Shown here piece by piece: positions 62,001 through 64,000 of a stretch of DNA of 64,000 bases. The notes beneath the pieces are model-generated. The model ran no database searches, was not told the origin of the DNA, and saw nothing but the letters and a program-made list of their open reading frames with translations. How positions within the stretch are numbered: the stretch's first letter is position 1; each line of letters begins with the position of its first letter. Source of the DNA: Hypanus sabinus (Eukaryota); NCBI RefSeq assembly GCF_030144855.1, contig NW_026781221.1, forward strand, positions 310,001 through 374,000. Direction: 5' to 3'. Made by a program: the position numbers and the translations under genes.

Positions 62001-63210
62001 CCGTATATTCCGGAGTATAAGCCGACCCCCATTTTCAAGGTTAAAAAAGGGACTTTTTCATGTTACCTTTGTATAAGCTGTCCCCTTTTATAAAGGTTTT
62101 TGATTTAACCAGAAACAATGCCTGTACTCAGCTTTGCAGGATCCGGAACCTGAAATTTTTGTGAACCGGTACCTGCTAAGAAAACAGGCTTACACAGTGA
62201 AGAGCGTTATCAGCAAATTCTTAATAAATAAATCAGGGAGGAAACTTTTGGATTAGGTCACCAATGGTGAAGAAGCCTCTGAAATATTACCCCCACAAAA
62301 CCATTTTGCACCGATCGTAATCTCGTTAAAACATAACACGGGGTGGCGGGATCAGTACATGTATTCAGTATTGAGTTTGCGACCGCCATGTACAAAAGAT
62401 TAAAACGAGTGCGATATGGTGCTGGCTTCAAGCTGAAGGTTGTTGATTTTGCCAAAGGAACAAATAATTCTGCAGCTGCTAAGAAGTTTAGTGTAAACGA
62501 GAGAGAGTGAGAGAGTGGAGAAAGGCAGAGGACACGCTGAGGGAAATGCCAAAGATGAAATGTGCAAACCACGGGAAAACACGCCAGTGGCCAGAACTGG
62601 AAGAAAATGTCTTAGAGTGGGTGAATCACCAGCGATCATCCGGATACATTGTTACCAGAGAAATGATACGAGTTCAATGGGACGAAAAACACCATGAGGT
62701 CAGTGAAAATTTCAAAGCTACGCGAATTTGGTGCACCCGATTTATGAATAGACTCGATCTTGAGACAAAAAACAAAGATTACTCAGAAAATTCCTGCGAG
62801 GTGTTGTTGTTTACGTTCAAAATCGCTGCTGGATGGACAAAGTGGGTTAAAGAGGTGTGGCGTTGACATTCGGAAGGTTTTGGGAAGGAAAAGTCGCTAC
62901 TTGTCTGGGACGTGTTCAAAGCGCACTTGTCAGGTGAGACAAAAGCAGCACTGAAAGCTGAAAACACAGAGATTGCTGTCATCCCCAGTGGTTTGATCTC
63001 CGTGCGCCAGCCACTAGATGTGATTTTAAACAAACCAAAGAATTCATGCATTGAGAGTGGAATGAATTTGACTCAAAAACAACCAATAAATCCGACCTGT
63101 CTTCCCTGTATTCGTTTTTCCAAAGTTGGCACCCTCTGTAACAGCCGACCTCCTAATTTTAGGACCAAAATTTGGGGCCTAATTCTCGGCTTATACACTG
63201 GAATTTATGG
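62001..63210 (+). mobile_element. Internally deleted pogo-family DNA transposon
   Basis: 26-bp TIRs ccgtatattccggagtataagccgac / ctcggcttatacactggaatttatgg+TA. Brinker-like and CENP-B HTH remnants (FKLKVV..WPELEE) and a DDE remnant (LVWD.FKAH..IPSG...QPLDV.LNKP). Empty TA site at 32341. Confidence 0.9.
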
Positions 63211-63598
63211 TATCTGTACAAAATAAAGTAGGGAATAGTTGAGGTGAGAATGAATGTATCAGTTAAGTCTCTCAGACCCAGTTGCAATAATGTACTGTCA
63301 GTGTCCGAGCTCTTTTAAGTCACTCACATTCCCTCAGTGTTTGCTCATTTGAAGAACTTGTATCTTCTGAAGTAGCTTTTGGTCGGTTCTGAGTGTGGAG
63401 AGGGAAAGAGGGGTGTTTATATTTACTATCCTGCAAAAAGAAGTAGTTGTTTGCAATTACCTGCTGCAGACTCACTACCCATACCCTGTACATTCTCAAC
63501 CAGATTATTGACATAGATGACAAGTAGCAATGGGTGTCACCCTGGGGAGCTCCAGGAGGCACGGGCCTTGACTCCAATAAACAGCCTCCCATCATCAC

Positions 63599-64000
63599 CA
63601 ACACACACAAAATGCTGGTGGAACACAGCACAGCAGGCCAGACAGCATCTATAAGGAGAAACACTGTCGACCACTGGTGCTTCCCCCCTCCCCCTTTCTT
63701 TCTCCCTCGGCCTCCCGTCCCATTATCCTCTCCCTTCTCCAGCTCCGTATCACTTTCGCCAATAATGTTTCCAGCTCTTAGCTTTATCCCACCCCCTCTG
63801 GTCTACTCCTATCATTTCGCATTCTCCCTACTACTTTCAAATCTCTTAGTATCTTTCCTTTCAGTTAGTCCTGACGAAGGGTCTCGGCCCAAAACGTCGA
63901 CAGTGCTTCCCCTTATAGATGCTGCCTGGCCTGCTGTGTTCCACCAGCATATTGTGTGTGTTGTTTGAATTTCCAGCAACTGCAGATTTCCTTGTGTTTG
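63599..64000 (+). mobile_element. Penelope-like element 3' end with inverted 5' arm and minimal hammerhead motif
   Basis: Inverted repeat 63599-63671 vs 63896-63963; gtc-CTGACGA-agggtctcggccc-(A)AAAC-GTC-gac at 63868-63901. Confidence 0.82.
63866..63903 (+). ncRNA. Minimal type I hammerhead ribozyme motif (this copy has G12->A, probably inactive)
   Basis: CUGACGA core, GGG/CCC stem II, AAAC-GUC in place of GAAAC-GUC, and gtc/gac stem I. Sister copies retain GAAA (58936-58939). Confidence 0.65.

Overview
Eukaryotic, repeat-dense vertebrate DNA with no prokaryotic features. The repeat repertoire and the style of the zinc-finger genes suggest a cartilaginous fish (shark or ray), which is inference. 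The window is part of a tandem C2H2 zinc-finger (ZNF) gene cluster built on an old, large inverted duplication: arm A ~328-21410, arm B ~38092-59617, spacer ~16.7 kb. Each arm carries an intact ZNF ORF with no visible effector domain, pointing outward (17 fingers on -, 13 units on +). Each ORF is followed within ~75 bp by the 5' LTR of a same-sense, decayed Gmr1-like Gypsy element with a SCAN-like Gag. Arm B holds a second, nearly complete Gmr1-like element nested antisense. The spacer holds two CpG-rich promoter candidates, a third (pseudo)ZNF, several solo LTRs and a decayed ERV with env. Other repeats are CR1, Rex1, L1, hAT, mariner MITEs, pogo and Penelope-like elements (PLEs) with a minimal hammerhead motif. 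The four most interesting observations are: (1) fold-back junctions of three PLE inserts map to the predicted hammerhead cleavage site; (2) the paralogous ZNFs have almost completely replaced their DNA-contacting residues while staying open; (3) ZNF 3' ends are fused to a SCAN-Gag retrotransposon LTR; (4) a 146-bp tandem repeat carries an AG/21-nt/GT micro-exon pattern in every unit. All alignments were done by eye, so boundaries without a TSD are approximate.
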